DNA of 64,000 nucleotides from Eledone cirrhosa (Eukaryota): NCBI GenBank assembly GCA_964016885.1, contig OZ024744.1, positions 89,652,001 to 89,716,000 of the forward strand, read 5' to 3'. Shown piece by piece: positions 1 to 15,504 of this stretch (position 1 is its first letter; each line of letters starts with the position of its first letter). The notes under the pieces were generated by a model. It saw only the letters and a program-made list of their open reading frames with translations, ran no database searches and was not told where the DNA came from. The position numbers and the translations under genes were made by a program.

Positions 1-232
1 TTTTTGAAACCATGGTTGGGGCACTATATAGGTTGGAATTAGCTTCCTTTAGCCAATTTGGCTTGTGTCACCCCCCCCCCCCCACCCACCCACCCCCCAC
101 CCCACCCCCCACACACCCCCCAAGAGTGATTTGGGGTTAAATCTAATATTTTTAATACTTCTCTGGGTGGATTATTGGTTTATTAATTTATCGATAAATC
201 CCTTCTTTGTATTACTGTATAAGGTTGTAAAT

Positions 233-269
<37 letters not shown>

Positions 270-270
270 G

Positions 271-906
<636 letters not shown>

Positions 907-1135
907 ATTTAAGAAAGAAGCATTTCTGAGCAGTACAATAGAAGTTAATTGAAATTTAAACTTGTATAGGCACCAGGCCATTGCCGATATACGTCTGTGA
1001 GTATATATGTATTATTTTTTAGATCGATACAGGCAGACTATATGTATTTGAATTAAGATATCTCATTCTAGCTAATTTATTGTCAATTTACAGTAAAAAC
1101 ACATAAGTGTTGATCATATATTTATTTATATTAAC

Positions 1136-1169
<34 letters not shown>

Positions 1170-1175
1170 TAACCG

Positions 1176-1225
<50 letters not shown>

Positions 1226-1231
1226 TAACCG

Positions 1232-1303
<72 letters not shown>

Positions 1304-1315
1304 ATACATTATATA

Positions 1316-1886
1316 TCTTATATAATAAAGTTATAGTTCATGTTTGTTTGTTTGTTCACGAACTCCTCCTATGGTTTTGGAGATAGACCCCCATAACCAT
1401 ATATATTCTGAAACTACATTGCCCAGAGTACTTAGATAAGTATATTTCATTTTAATCAAAGAGTTCCCCGGGGGTACAAACCACCGCTTGACCCCGCTGA
1501 AAAGTGTTTCCCTTCGATTCCTATTCACAAAATTTCAGCAAATTTCAATAATATTAAGGCATCCTAATGGGGGTTAAACCTCCTATAGTGAACATTTTAG
1601 AAGCCCGTTACTTGAGTATTGGAACCTCTATTATCACGGGCTTTTTCTATTAATTAAACGTAAATCAACAAAAAGGCACCTCTCTTTTATAGTAAAATTT
1701 GGCTAATTTAGACATTTTGTCTATGACAAAACATCACTAGAATTATGACAACAAAAATTATTAGTTAATGCCTCTACTTTTTTAATATTTTCCCTTTATT
1801 TTTCCTCCATAAATTATATCACTGATTTAAAATCAATCATCATTTTCTTACAAATAAAATGTGCAGGGAGCGGGTAATTCAGCTAG
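1316..1886 (+). mobile_element. Non-autonomous Helitron-like element, apparently complete
   Basis: A|TC 5' end followed by (TTTG)n; 3' cgggtaattcag-CTAG|T; the 5' part recurs inverted at ~17045-17218. Confidence 0.65.
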
Positions 1887-1897
1887 TATATATATTA

Positions 1898-2719
1898 TTT
1901 CTTTCTCTTAATTTCGAGTATATATTTTTGACCGGCCACCTTCCTGGTGGCAAGGTTGTAAAAGAAAAGAAATTGTCATCCCTTGAATCGCAAGAATGTT
2001 TTGCAAATTTTGAAGGTGCCAGCTATCGCAGCCATTTGTAGACTATGAATTAGGGAGCTGCGCTTTTTGTCCGCAAATCCAAGTTCAGTCATACTTTGGT
2101 CCAAGCGGGTTGGTATATAACCCGTAGCTCCAATAATGATGGGTATGAAGCTAAAGGTGTATCTTGGATACTGGATTTGCAAACTCCTCATCAATGGTCC
2201 GCAGATGTCCTCCTTCTCCTGTATTTTTCTGACAACGTTTACATCAAGTGGGCAGCTGATTTCCACAACAGAACACGTTTTCAATGTGTGGTCCCAAACA
2301 ACAATATCAGGCCAGTTGTGCTTTAATTTGGTGGCAGTTTTTATTTTCAGATTCCACCAGTATTCCTTAGTGCCATCTGTCTCAATATATTCTTCCTCGT
2401 TTGTTGTTAATTTTGTTTTCCGAAGTGCGTTGCAGATGGTTCTAGCTATCACATCGTGTCTCATGGGAGGTAGTAGCGAGATGACATTCTTTCGCAGCTG
2501 GCAACAATGTGGCTTACATCCTCGAGCTTTGTTTTACATAGCCTACATTTATTGTCAGCTGCTGGCCCTCCCCTTTTGTGCAGCAGATATTTGGTAGGGA
2601 GTTCTTGTTCCTGTATTGCATAGAGATATCCCTCAAGGTGTGATGTCATAAACTTATCGGAACTCCATGCCAGGCTTTTTGAGTGGTTTATCCCCTCTAT
2701 GGTCTGTGTTTTACGTCTC

Positions 2720-2721
<2 letters not shown>
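1898..2721 (-). mobile_element. 5'-truncated R4/Dong-like non-LTR retrotransposon (CCHC + REL endonuclease)
   Basis: ORFs 2461-2721 and 1976-2464: CRLC..SHIVASC, RHD, PDIVV..EISCP; near-identical to 24350-25170; abuts (TATG)n. Confidence 0.92.
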
Positions 2722-2750
<29 letters not shown>

Positions 2751-2862
2751 TGTATGTATGTATGTATATTTATATGTGTGTATCTATGTATATATATGTC
2801 TTTATGTATCTATGTATATATATGTACATAAAATAAGCTGTATTAGAGACAGTTTACCTTGT

Positions 2863-2927
<65 letters not shown>

Positions 2928-3286
2928 CATTACTATTTTGACTTATATACCTGTAACTCTTCATGCGCGTTTAAAAAAGTAAAAATGTATTTTACGAATT
3001 AGACGTTTCAGACACTTCTGGTAATGTACGAATAAGCTCTAAAATGTTAATACAACTATTTCAATTTCAATACATTGTTGGGGGCTCTACTCATTCGTTT
3101 GTATCCGTATTTTTCTCTTTCTCCCTCTCCTCTCACTCTCACTCTCACTCACTCACTCTCTCTCCCTATCTCTCTATCTCTATATATATATATATTACGA
3201 ACAAATTAAATATCCCTTTTGCCTATATATATATATAAAATAATTAAGTCAAATATTTAAAATTTGGCTTCGTTTATTAAAGATGT

Positions 3287-3341
3287 ACTGCTATATATAT
3301 TTCGGTGATAGCCATCATTGGCTGTGACCTCATCAGGCAGT
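3287..3341 (-). ncRNA. Type-I hammerhead ribozyme, canonical core
   Basis: actgc-CTGATGA-ggtcacagcca atga tggctatcacc-GAAA-tatata-TA-gcagt. Confidence 0.85.
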
Positions 3342-4031
3342 TCGAATTGGTATGGTAGAGACAGGTACACATGTTGTTAAAGTGTTTTACTCCATCAATA
3401 CTCCGATATGTCCAGCTCCTGGTTGGGTTGTTATTTCTCTGAGGAACTGGAATCATATGAATTCGAGCAAACGAATTTCGGCATCATAGGACACTCTCTC
3501 CTCCCATTGGTCAGTTGTGAGAACATTCCTCAGTCAAAAGTCTATAGAAATTTTTCTGAGGCAAGACAATCTGTTGTGGTTGTTTTTGTTAAGTACAGCT
3601 GACCTCCTCCATTGTGTTGGTAGTGGTGTTAAGGGGTCAGCTGGCAGGTCATCTTTAGTGTGCTGCTGCTATGTTTAGAAGAATTTGTGTGTGTGGGTTG
3701 GCATCTATCCTGCCACCATTTCACGTGGTGGGGTGCCAAACAGATTAAAAAAATAAGATAAAATAAAATCAAGAAATAAAGAAATAAAAAAATAAAATAA
3801 AATAAAATGACTGAAGTCAATATTTTCCAAATCTTTCCAAATATTTTCCAATCTGTTTGACACATCTGTTTGTCCTATGATGCCGAAATTCGTTTGTTCG
3901 AATTCATACGATTCCGGTTCCTCAGAGAAATAACAACCCAACCAGGAGCTGGACATATTCCGATATGTCCGATATTGACGGAGTAAAACACTTCAACAAC
4001 GTGTGTACCTGTCTCTACCACACCAATTCGG

Positions 4032-4086
4032 ACTACCTGAAGAGGTCACAGCCAATGATGGCTGTCACCGAAATATGCATAGCAGT
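4032..4086 (+). ncRNA. Type-I hammerhead ribozyme
   Basis: actac-CTGAAGA-ggtcacagcca..tggctgtcacc-GAAA-tatgca-TA-gcagt. Confidence 0.8.
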
Positions 4087-4226
4087 ACATCTTTAATAAA
4101 CGAAGCAAAATTTTAAATATTTGACTTAATTATTTTACATTACTCAGGAGTAACCAAACCAACCTGCGTACTTCGTCGAGTGCTCCAATCGGCATACTGA
4201 GGTGTCGGTAAACAACCAACATATAC

Positions 4227-4283
<57 letters not shown>

Positions 4284-4345
4284 CTCCCTCTCTCCAAACA
4301 CATAAATAAACACACGCGAATTACTACACACAGACACACACACAC

Positions 4346-4433
<88 letters not shown>

Positions 4434-4529
4434 TGTGTGTGTGTGTGAAAGAGTTCGGATCTAGCTGTCGAAACGACCGGAGCTCAGTCGTCGGGGTCCT
4501 GGCTCTTTTCCTATATATATATATATTTG

Positions 4530-5274
<745 letters not shown>

Positions 5275-5950
5275 GGGTGAGTGTGTGTGTACGTGGTCAC
5301 TCGACCTGCAAGAAGTATCAGAAAAATATTCCTCGAATTACCATCTTAAACAGTAATTACACATTAGATTAAGTTGACCTAGATACTCTATGTCTGAAAC
5401 AAAATGGAACGTTTATGGCTAAACACCGTTTATCATAGCACCGTTGGATTTCGCTGCCATGTTAATGTCGAAACAACAATAATATTAAGTAAAGTCACAT
5501 GCGGTAATATAATATAGGCCTAGATATGTTATGCCAGGAAAAGGAACGGACTGGTCCTCTCTGGGGTTCCCTGAATTACATGTCCACTGGATTAGTCATA
5601 AATTAAAGGGTAAAATTCAACAACAGCTACTATTACTATTAAATAAGAAACAGTAGCTCAGATATTAGGAAGGTCAAACAGTAATTAGGTTACCGTAATG
5701 TACTTTGTTTAAATCTATTTATATAATAATTTATTTATAATCTATTATTTTTTTTTTTTTTTTATAATTTAGTATTCTAGTTTAGGTTGATTTTATTTTA
5801 TATTAATATGGATTAAATACTTCAATATTTATTTTGTTTCTTTATGCTCTGAGTTCAAATCAGGTCGTAGTTAATTTTTTGCCTTGCATCCTTTCGGGAT
5901 CGATAAATAAACTATTAACCAAGGGGCTATGGATTAGTGGAATTTTTAAA

Positions 5951-6736
<786 letters not shown>

Positions 6737-7084
6737 CATACTTATCACAAAATGAAAACTAAGGTTGGTATTCCAAATCCATATTTAACCTCAACAATTG
6801 TTTCTATAGAGATAAGTACAGTGCCAGTGGATCAGTACATATAATCAATCAATCCATCCATCAATTAATTATTAATTTCATTGATTTTGGATCAAACATT
6901 TAAGAACAACACTTTTCACAGACATTAGATATGCTAAAATGGAAACTAAGAAGTTTTCAGCATGTAAGTTACGGGGAGCCACGCCTGACGCCGTCTCGGA
7001 ATGGGTTCAAAATGATACATAGTAATAATAACTCAAAGACCAAAATCCAAAGAAGATTTATATATATATAAAATCACACATTGC

Positions 7085-7749
7085 ACTCTACATGTGAGTA
7101 AAGTTCCACTGAAGCAGCTGGAGAAATTTAAGTATCAGAGGGAAGTGTTCACGAGTAATGGAAAGCAGGAGGCTGAATTAAGTACAAGAATTGCGGGAGC
7201 TGTCATTATAAAAGCCAAACTCGTAATTTTCAATTCGGTATTCGTGCCAACACTTACCTATGGTCATGAATCTTGAATAATCACCGAAAGAAGACGATCG
7301 CAAATACAAGCGGCCAAAATGTGGTTTAACGTTACTCGTTAGAGTGCGTAGCTCGGGGATCAGAGAGTCACTCCAGGTAGAGCCACTACTTCTCCAAATT
7401 GAAAGATCACAGCTCCGATACTGTGGGCATGTGAATAGAATGTCTAAGGAAAGAATCGCTGCTCAAATTTTACGAGCAAGACCAAGCGGTTGGAGACACT
7501 GATGTTGACCCTGAGCAAGATGGTTGGATAACATCCATGAGCTTGGCTGGTTTTGCTTGAGGAACCAACCGGATCAATTAGAGACGGTTTCTTTGGACAG
7601 GACTCGCTGGAAGCAGTGTTTGACGGCTCTGCGCCCAAGATCCTCTAAGGAAGAAGAAGAAGAAGAAGAAGAAGAAGAAGAAGAAGAAGAAGAAGAAGAA
7701 GAAGAAGAAGAAGAAGAAGAAGAAGAAGAAGAAGAAGAAGAAGAAGAAG

Positions 7750-7779
<30 letters not shown>
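7085..7779 (+). mobile_element. Degenerate RTE-clade LINE 3' fragment with (GAA)n tail
   Basis: LEKFKY, IFNSVFVPTLTYGHES, QLRYCGHVNRM motifs; related fragment at ~29800-30155. Confidence 0.8.
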
Positions 7780-7780
<1 letters not shown>

Positions 7781-7794
7781 TTACAAGACTCATC

Positions 7795-7970
7795 CCAGGA
7801 CAGGATTAAACTCCCAGCTACTGCTGGTACTCATTTTCATCTCAGTATACTGGAGCAACGTGAAATAAAGTGTTTTGCTCAAGAAAACAACACACAACCC
7901 AGTCCAGGAATTGAACCCACGACATTATGATCGCAAATGCAACACTCTTATCACGAGGCTACGCGCCTCA
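7795..7970 (-). mobile_element. tRNA-derived SINE, family B
   Basis: A/B boxes (ggttcaattcc) plus ttcttgagcaaaacact domain; fuller copy at 26715-26966. Confidence 0.75.
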
Positions 7971-7994
7971 CAATCTACCGCCCTAATGCGGGTT

Positions 7995-8186
7995 TAATAA
8001 TTGTTTCTACTTTTGGCACAAGGCCAGCAATTATCGCAGTGTATTACTGGTACTTTATTTTATCGATCCCGTAATGATGAAAGGCAAAGTGAACCTCGGC
8101 GGGATTTGAACTCAGTCCATAAAGGGCCGTAACTCTTTGCTGAAAAGCATGGCGTCAGACCCTCTACCGATACTGTCAATCCACCG
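7995..8186 (-). mobile_element. tRNA-derived SINE, family A
   Basis: gagttcaaatcccgccgaggt-ctttgcctttcatc..gataaaataaagtaccag consensus shared by many copies. Confidence 0.85.
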
Positions 8187-8323
8187 GGTTTAATAATGCG
8201 AAACATTTTAAACCTTAGTAACTCATTTTGGGAAAAATTAGGTATTTATATTTTTGTACATTTATAATATGAAATATAAGAATTAACTGCATAAATATTT
8301 CTGGAAAAAAAGGATGAACTTAC

Positions 8324-8743
8324 ATCAGCTTTTGCTTCGTCAAAATCATCTGTTGATGAAACCACAGATTGAGGTTTTTCATTGACATCTTCTTGTTGAT
8401 CCTCTTGTCTGTTGTTCTTTTCACCATTAGCCATCATGCCACCATTTTCTTCTTTTTCTTCTTTTTCTTCTTTTTCTTCTTTTTCTTCTTTTTCTTTTTC
8501 GTCTTCTTCGTCTTCTTCATAATCTTCTTCATCTTCTTCATAATCTTCTTCATCTTCTTCATTTTCTTCTTCGTCTCCTTCGCTCATGAGATTATCTGCA
8601 ACGACGAAATCATCGAATTTTTCATCCTCGCTGTCATTTTCAGGCTTTTCTGTCACTTCGTTTTGACTGGAAGTAACTCTACTTGCAGAAACTACCAACA
8701 GCAGCAACATCAAAGATACCCATCCCAAATCTACACACTTCAT
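8324..8743 (-). CDS. First coding exon of a putative secreted protein: signal peptide plus D/E-rich region
   Basis: MKCVDLGWVSLMLLLLVVSASRVTSS followed by an acidic tract; GTAAGT donor (8323-8318) after KAD, phase 0; lies in non-repetitive sequence. Confidence 0.72.
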
Positions 8744-9000
8744 AATTATTGGTAGAATAATATCAATTGATTTCTATATATATATATATAGAAATATATA
8801 TATAAATATATATTTTGTGTGAGAATGTGTATTTATTTAGTTATTACAATGTCGCAGGGAGTCTTGTTTATTGCTTGTTTTTAATGTTCTCTTGTAGATG
8901 TACTTTCAAAAAATAATTATCTGCCTTTCTTACAATCCTATATCCTATACCTTTCACCTGTAGGTATCATACTGGTTCTTATACAATTGTTTTTTCTCGT

Positions 9001-9086
9001 ATTTATATACAAATTTAAGGCGGTGAGTAGGTGGGGGGGGGGGTGCTCTAAGTAGATGTAGAGGAGCGGAAATGTATATGACGTAA
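9001..9086 (-). promoter_or_regulatory. Candidate promoter: TATA box and CRE/ATF-like site
   Basis: GTATATAAAT on the minus strand at 9001-9010; TGACGTAA at 9079-9086; ~260 bp upstream of the ATG. Confidence 0.35.
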
Positions 9087-9145
9087 TGTCAGTCAGTCAG
9101 TCAATTTGATTTATTAATTTATCTTTATTTTACTCATTTGTTTGT

Positions 9146-9192
<47 letters not shown>

Positions 9193-9249
9193 TTACCGTA
9201 CATCCATTTGTAAATATCGGCCATTTAAAACACACACACATACATGTAC

Positions 9250-9313
<64 letters not shown>

Positions 9314-9679
9314 CAAATAAAAAAGAAAAGTCGGATTGTTTTGTTTTCATTTCTTTGTTTTAATGTTTGTTTTTGACAAAAGAGAAACGTGTTGTCACCA
9401 AATTCTAATTTGTTATGTTGTTGTTGTTGTTGTTGTTTTTTTTTGTTCAATGGAGCGTTCATTTCACGAAAGAGTAGAGTTGACATCTTTAGGATACCGA
9501 CCGAACAATCCAGCCAACACTGGTTCTATTGTTTGTTTGGTAATGTTCAGACGAACTCAAAGCAAATTTGTAGACACATTTACTCACGCACTCAGTTATG
9601 TGCACAAAGCACATTTTCCTCACCCTTCGGCACCCTATGAGGTGTGTGTGTAGTGAGTGTGTATTTATACGTATATGTA

Positions 9680-9742
<63 letters not shown>

Positions 9743-9822
9743 AGATCAAAAGATGGTTAAAGGAGTTTCATGTATTTTATTATGCGCATTTCAAATAAAA
9801 CATTTCAATAAAACTCACCTCC

Positions 9823-9875
<53 letters not shown>

Positions 9876-9900
9876 GTTTATATATATATATATGTATATA

Positions 9901-9983
<83 letters not shown>

Positions 9984-10214
9984 ACTAGAAATTTATTGAC
10001 ATATATATATATATATAAAATAAACATATGAAACAATCACAGGGGATAATCTGTAAAAGTGTGTAAGCACACACAGCTATGTGAGTAACCAATTAAAGTT
10101 TAACTAGAACTTCAAAAATAGATACCTTATAAATTGATTAATCTTCCTTGTATATATTTCATTAAAGAAATATATTTCACCAATTAATCGATTGGTAAAC
10201 GACAGTAGCCAGAT

Positions 10215-10287
<73 letters not shown>

Positions 10288-10427
10288 GCTAGCATGGGAG
10301 GTCTTAAAAAAGCATGAGAACACACAGTCAGAACACCAAACAGGGGAAAGTCTCAGAGGAGCCTACAGTTGCCTCACATTTTTGAGCATTTTATCAGGCG
10401 ATGGCAATGCTCGAACACGAGTTTGCA

Positions 10428-10433
<6 letters not shown>
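10288..10433 (+). mobile_element. RTE-like 3' end fragment
   Basis: GGLKKHE half zinc finger; 3' hairpin ctcg-aaca-cgag-tttgcagccatcat shared with the 11838 and 21902 elements. Confidence 0.55.
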
Positions 10434-10510
<77 letters not shown>

Positions 10511-10511
10511 T

Positions 10512-11235
<724 letters not shown>

Positions 11236-11732
11236 CAGAAAGAGAGAGGGAGAAACTCAGGATATTTTTCCATCTATGGTTGTGTAATTTGCCGAAAGGC
11301 AAAACTTGTCGCTACCTGCTCTGTTATGTCCCAGTGGGCAATGGAATGAATCTTAACACCCTTAATGCACCGTAACCATAGTGATTTTTCGAGGTGACTA
11401 AGGAGATGGGACTGTCCGTCTTTCCGTTGTTTTTTTCCATTGTCTTTGCGCTATGCGCCCCCTATTTTGAATATATATATATATATATATTCAAAAGAGA
11501 GAAATAGAAAAATAGGAAGAAATATGGATGGATTGCAAGTCCATATATATATATATAATGAGTCTCAGAAGTTCCCGTTAATGGTGGAAGCAGCGATTCT
11601 TTGCTTAAACTTTAATCTGTTATTTTAATAAATATTTGCTCTGGGGTTCTTATATATTTGATATATATTTATCCTTATTGAGTCCTCTTTGGATTTTAGT
11701 CTTCAAATTTATTATTATTACTATATATATAT

Positions 11733-11781
11733 ATTCAGAAGATCCCGTTAAGGGTGAAAGCAACGATTCTTTGCTCAAACT
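11733..11781 (+). ncRNA. Hammerhead-like motif with CAGAAGA core
   Basis: CAGAAGA-tccc gttaa gggt-GAAA-gcaa cgattct ttgc-TC-aaac; decayed copy at ~11560-11612; copy at 57911-57961 (-). Confidence 0.55.
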
Positions 11782-11837
11782 TTAATCTGTTCTTATAATA
11801 ATATATGTACATATACACACATATATATATATACATA

Positions 11838-12333
11838 GATGATGGCTGCAAACTCTGCTAAGAGTATTGCAATTGCTTGTCAGATTATAGAGTTTGGTGC
11901 ACTTTTAGGCTACGGCCAGTCACACAAATCTGTAACCGATCCTGAACAAGCAATGCCTCTGCTTTGAAGGTTTTTTAAGTGGAGAAAGGCCTCTGAGCAT
12001 CGAAAACACTACCCGAAAAGGAGACTAGTCAACATCATCGGATGCTTCCGAAGCTGCAGGTTTTTTTTTTCAGAGTTTCCCTCTTTAGAAAGGTGTTGTG
12101 ACAACAACTAGGGGCCTTTCACACCCAGATGAGAAAGAAAGTACTATTTGGATGGTCGCTGACTCTGTTGAGTTCCTCCGCCCTTTGCCGGAACTTGTAT
12201 TTCATCCCGCAGGGTGTCCAAAAACACCCTCCTCACCAAGCTTGGTGGGGTTGCTGGTTTAGGCGCCGACGACCCAACCATGAGACAGATTGTACTGGGT
12301 TAGTGTTCCCAGTAGCACTCGAGAGCAACCTGA
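11838..12333 (-). mobile_element. Non-autonomous RTE-derived element
   Basis: Shares cctgcagc..atccRatgatgttgact..aggcattgctt and the gagtttgcagccatcat 3' end with 21902-22308. Confidence 0.5.
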
Positions 12334-12489
12334 CATACATACATACATACATACATGATGATGATGACTGCCCCCTCGTTATCGAGTATGGCCATTGCAT
12401 GATATAACATTATTAATAATTATCAATTAATTGTTACCATACAGCTTCTGGTAAACTTTATGATAAACTGTGGAACACTCACAATGTGT

Positions 12490-12800
12490 CAATTAAAATA
12501 AACGTTGATATCTATAAAACTGTTCTTACAACTCTCTTTCATGAGGTGGAAGCCTGGACTTCCTATCGCAAACATATTAATCAAATGAGCAGTTCTTGAT
12601 CAAATTTCAGATGAGATGGTTGACCATGTTTTGAGATTGAATGATGAAAGAATCCCAAAGCAAGTTATATTTGGTCGAGTTAAAATCTCTCGTAGAAAAG
12701 TAGGTTGACCACTACTTCGCTATAAAGAAAAGCTTAGGGTCAATTTAAAACGTTTGAATATGTATATTAACAGCTGGGAAAATATTGTCAATGATGGTTG
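12490..12800 (+). pseudogene. Degenerate RTE RT C-terminal fragment
   Basis: Translates to DERIPKQVIFG..R..G*PLLRYKEKLRVNLK. Confidence 0.7.
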
Positions 12801-12884
12801 GCAAATCACTGATGAGGGACTAATTTTATAATATGTAACCCATGTGCAACCACGCAGTATTCTTCTTTCTTCCCATGTTTTATA

Positions 12885-12946
<62 letters not shown>

Positions 12947-13013
12947 AAGGTTTAGCAAATAATGAAAAAGTTTCAAAATAAATTTTAAAAAATTGACTTT
13001 ACCTACTATAGTT

Positions 13014-13096
13014 ACCTTTACCGATCGGTTTCGAATCCCAAAAATAAACGGAGGCCATACGGCCTTCGTTGCAAAGAAAGATTCTCGTCAGAAGGT
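13014..13096 (-). ncRNA. Type-I hammerhead ribozyme
   Basis: acctt-CTGACGA-gaatc...gattc-GAAA-ccgatcgg-TA-aaggt. Confidence 0.88.
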
Positions 13097-13497
13097 TCTT
13101 TTCATTCGAAGAATATAAAATTCTTGAATTTAAATTACGAACTAGCGCTATCCAAAACTGTTCCCGAGATGAGAGTGAATGAAGTGGAATCAATTTTTTC
13201 AAGGGCCGAAGTAAAGATAGAGGCAGAGGGAGGTAGGTCAACCGGCCGCAACTATCACTAGCAGCAGTCGGGACGACCAAATTTGCTTCTCAACAATAGA
13301 GGAGAATAGTAATAATAGGATATGTGTTCCTTCACGCACAAGGCGCTAAGGGACGCATGTATTGTCCAACCAAATGCCAATGTGGTTCAATGGCAGGTTA
13401 ATAAATTAACGAGCCAGAACATATATAAACAAGGTTTAGCAAATAATGAAAAAGTTTCAAAATAAATTTTAAAAAATTGACTTTACCTACTATAGTT

Positions 13498-13580
13498 ACC
13501 TTTACCGATCGGTTTCGAATCCCAAAAATAAACGGAGGCCATACCGCCTTCGTTGCAAAGAAAGATTCTCGTCAGAAGGT
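13498..13580 (-). ncRNA. Type-I hammerhead ribozyme, second tandem copy
   Basis: Same fold as 13014-13096. Confidence 0.88.
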
Positions 13581-13649
13581 TCTTTTCATTCGAAGAATAT
13601 AAAATTCTTGAATTTAAATTACGAACTAGCGCTATCCAAAACTGTTCCT

Positions 13650-14161
<512 letters not shown>

Positions 14162-14194
14162 TACATGAATCAAAGTTCAGTTTAAATCATTTAT

Positions 14195-14243
14195 TTGCTT
14201 ACAATTGTTTCCTCCAAACCGAGGTTTGGATTCTTCGGAGCAA
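14195..14243 (-). ncRNA. Minimal hammerhead, CCGAAGA core
   Basis: Mirror copy of 14571-14619. Confidence 0.75.
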
Positions 14244-14570
14244 CTATTTAGTGATTTTTACATACTTGACCTCCTTTTCAACTCAAGAGACATATAAAAA
14301 CATATGTATATATTGACCCACAGTGGGTTGACATCCATCATAATAATATAATAATATGGCAATTTACATACATTCATATTAAAGGACAAAATTATTTATT
14401 TTAATTTTAATTTTAACTTTAATTTTGTCCTTTAATATGAATGTATGTAAATTGCCATATTATTATTTTATTATGATGGATGTCAACCCACTATGGGTCA
14501 ATATATACATATGTTTTTATATGTCTCTTGTGTTGAAAAGGAGGTCAAGTATGTAAAAATCACTAAATAG

Positions 14571-14619
14571 TTGCTCCGAAGAATCCAAACCTCGGTTTGG
14601 AGGAAACAATTGTAAGCAA
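14571..14619 (+). ncRNA. Minimal hammerhead, CCGAAGA core
   Basis: ttgct-CCGAAGA-a tccaaac ctcg gtttgga g-GAAA-caattg-TA-agcaa. Confidence 0.75.
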
Positions 14620-14818
14620 ATAAATGATTTAAACTGAACTTTGATTCATGTAATTTCTATATAACTGCTCTGTAAAACAACTGATGTTATTACATTGAGC
14701 TATTTATCTTACTGGTAATAAGATAGTAATGAATTACTGTCTTTCACTATTTAGGGTTTAAAATATATATAACTATATAAGGTTTTATTATATACATAAC
14801 CATAAATAGTATCCTTAA

Positions 14819-14880
<62 letters not shown>

Positions 14881-14887
14881 TCCTTAA

Positions 14888-14926
<39 letters not shown>

Positions 14927-15002
14927 CCTTTTCGAGACCTCTTCGGACTTTCATCTTCATATTTATTACTACTATATATATAAATATATAAATATATACA
15001 TA

Positions 15003-15292
15003 TATACAAGGATCGGAATTAGAATATTCCGCAGTTCACAGTAATAATAATATTAGCTCAAAGAAGAACAGAGAATTTTCAACTGAGCTCAAATACAAGT
15101 ATACTACACAGAGAGAAGTGTGTTACACAATGAGATGTGTGTAAAGAATTATTACACACATCTCACTGTGTAACACACTTCTCTCTGTGTAATATATTTG
15201 TATTTGAGCTCAGTTGAAAATTCTCTCTTCTTCTTTGAGCTAATATTATTATTACTGTGAACTGCGCAATACTCTAATTCCGATCCTTGTAT
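15003..15292. repeat. Fold-back palindrome with no recognisable hammerhead
   Basis: ~140-bp arms with a spacer of about 7 bp near 15147. Confidence 0.9.
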
Positions 15293-15504
15293 AATTAACG
15301 AGCTCCAAATTGTTGAGCTAATAAATTCCAATGGTTGGGCTGCCCTCTCTAGCACAAAATTAAATAAATTAAATAAAATTAACAGGGGCTATTTATTTCT
15401 TAGATTTGGCTTGAATGAACTATTGGACTTAAATATACGTACTTATATTTCTATCCTAGCCATTAATAATTGGATAAGGAGGTTTCCAATAATAAATATA
15501 CATA

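Larger units (their letters stand above)
3236..4137. repeat. Inverted pLTR pair with a hammerhead in each arm
   Basis: ~3236-3490 is the reverse complement of ~3872-4137; same family at 20335-20525, 44325-44405 and 46080-46760. Confidence 0.9.
12940..13648 (-). repeat. Head-to-tail partial tandem (484-bp period) with two hammerheads
   Basis: ~12940-13163 is repeated at ~13424-13648. Confidence 0.92.

Noticed and set aside
7524-7868. Poly-Glu ORF
   Set aside because: It is the (GAA)n tail of an RTE fragment
8246-8323. C-terminal part of ORF 8246-8743
   Set aside because: Lies after a canonical GTAAGT donor and is probably intron
12240-12335. HDV-like ribozyme at the end of the RTE-derived element
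   Set aside because: A P1-like helix is present but I could not build P1.1, P2 or the catalytic J4/2 strand
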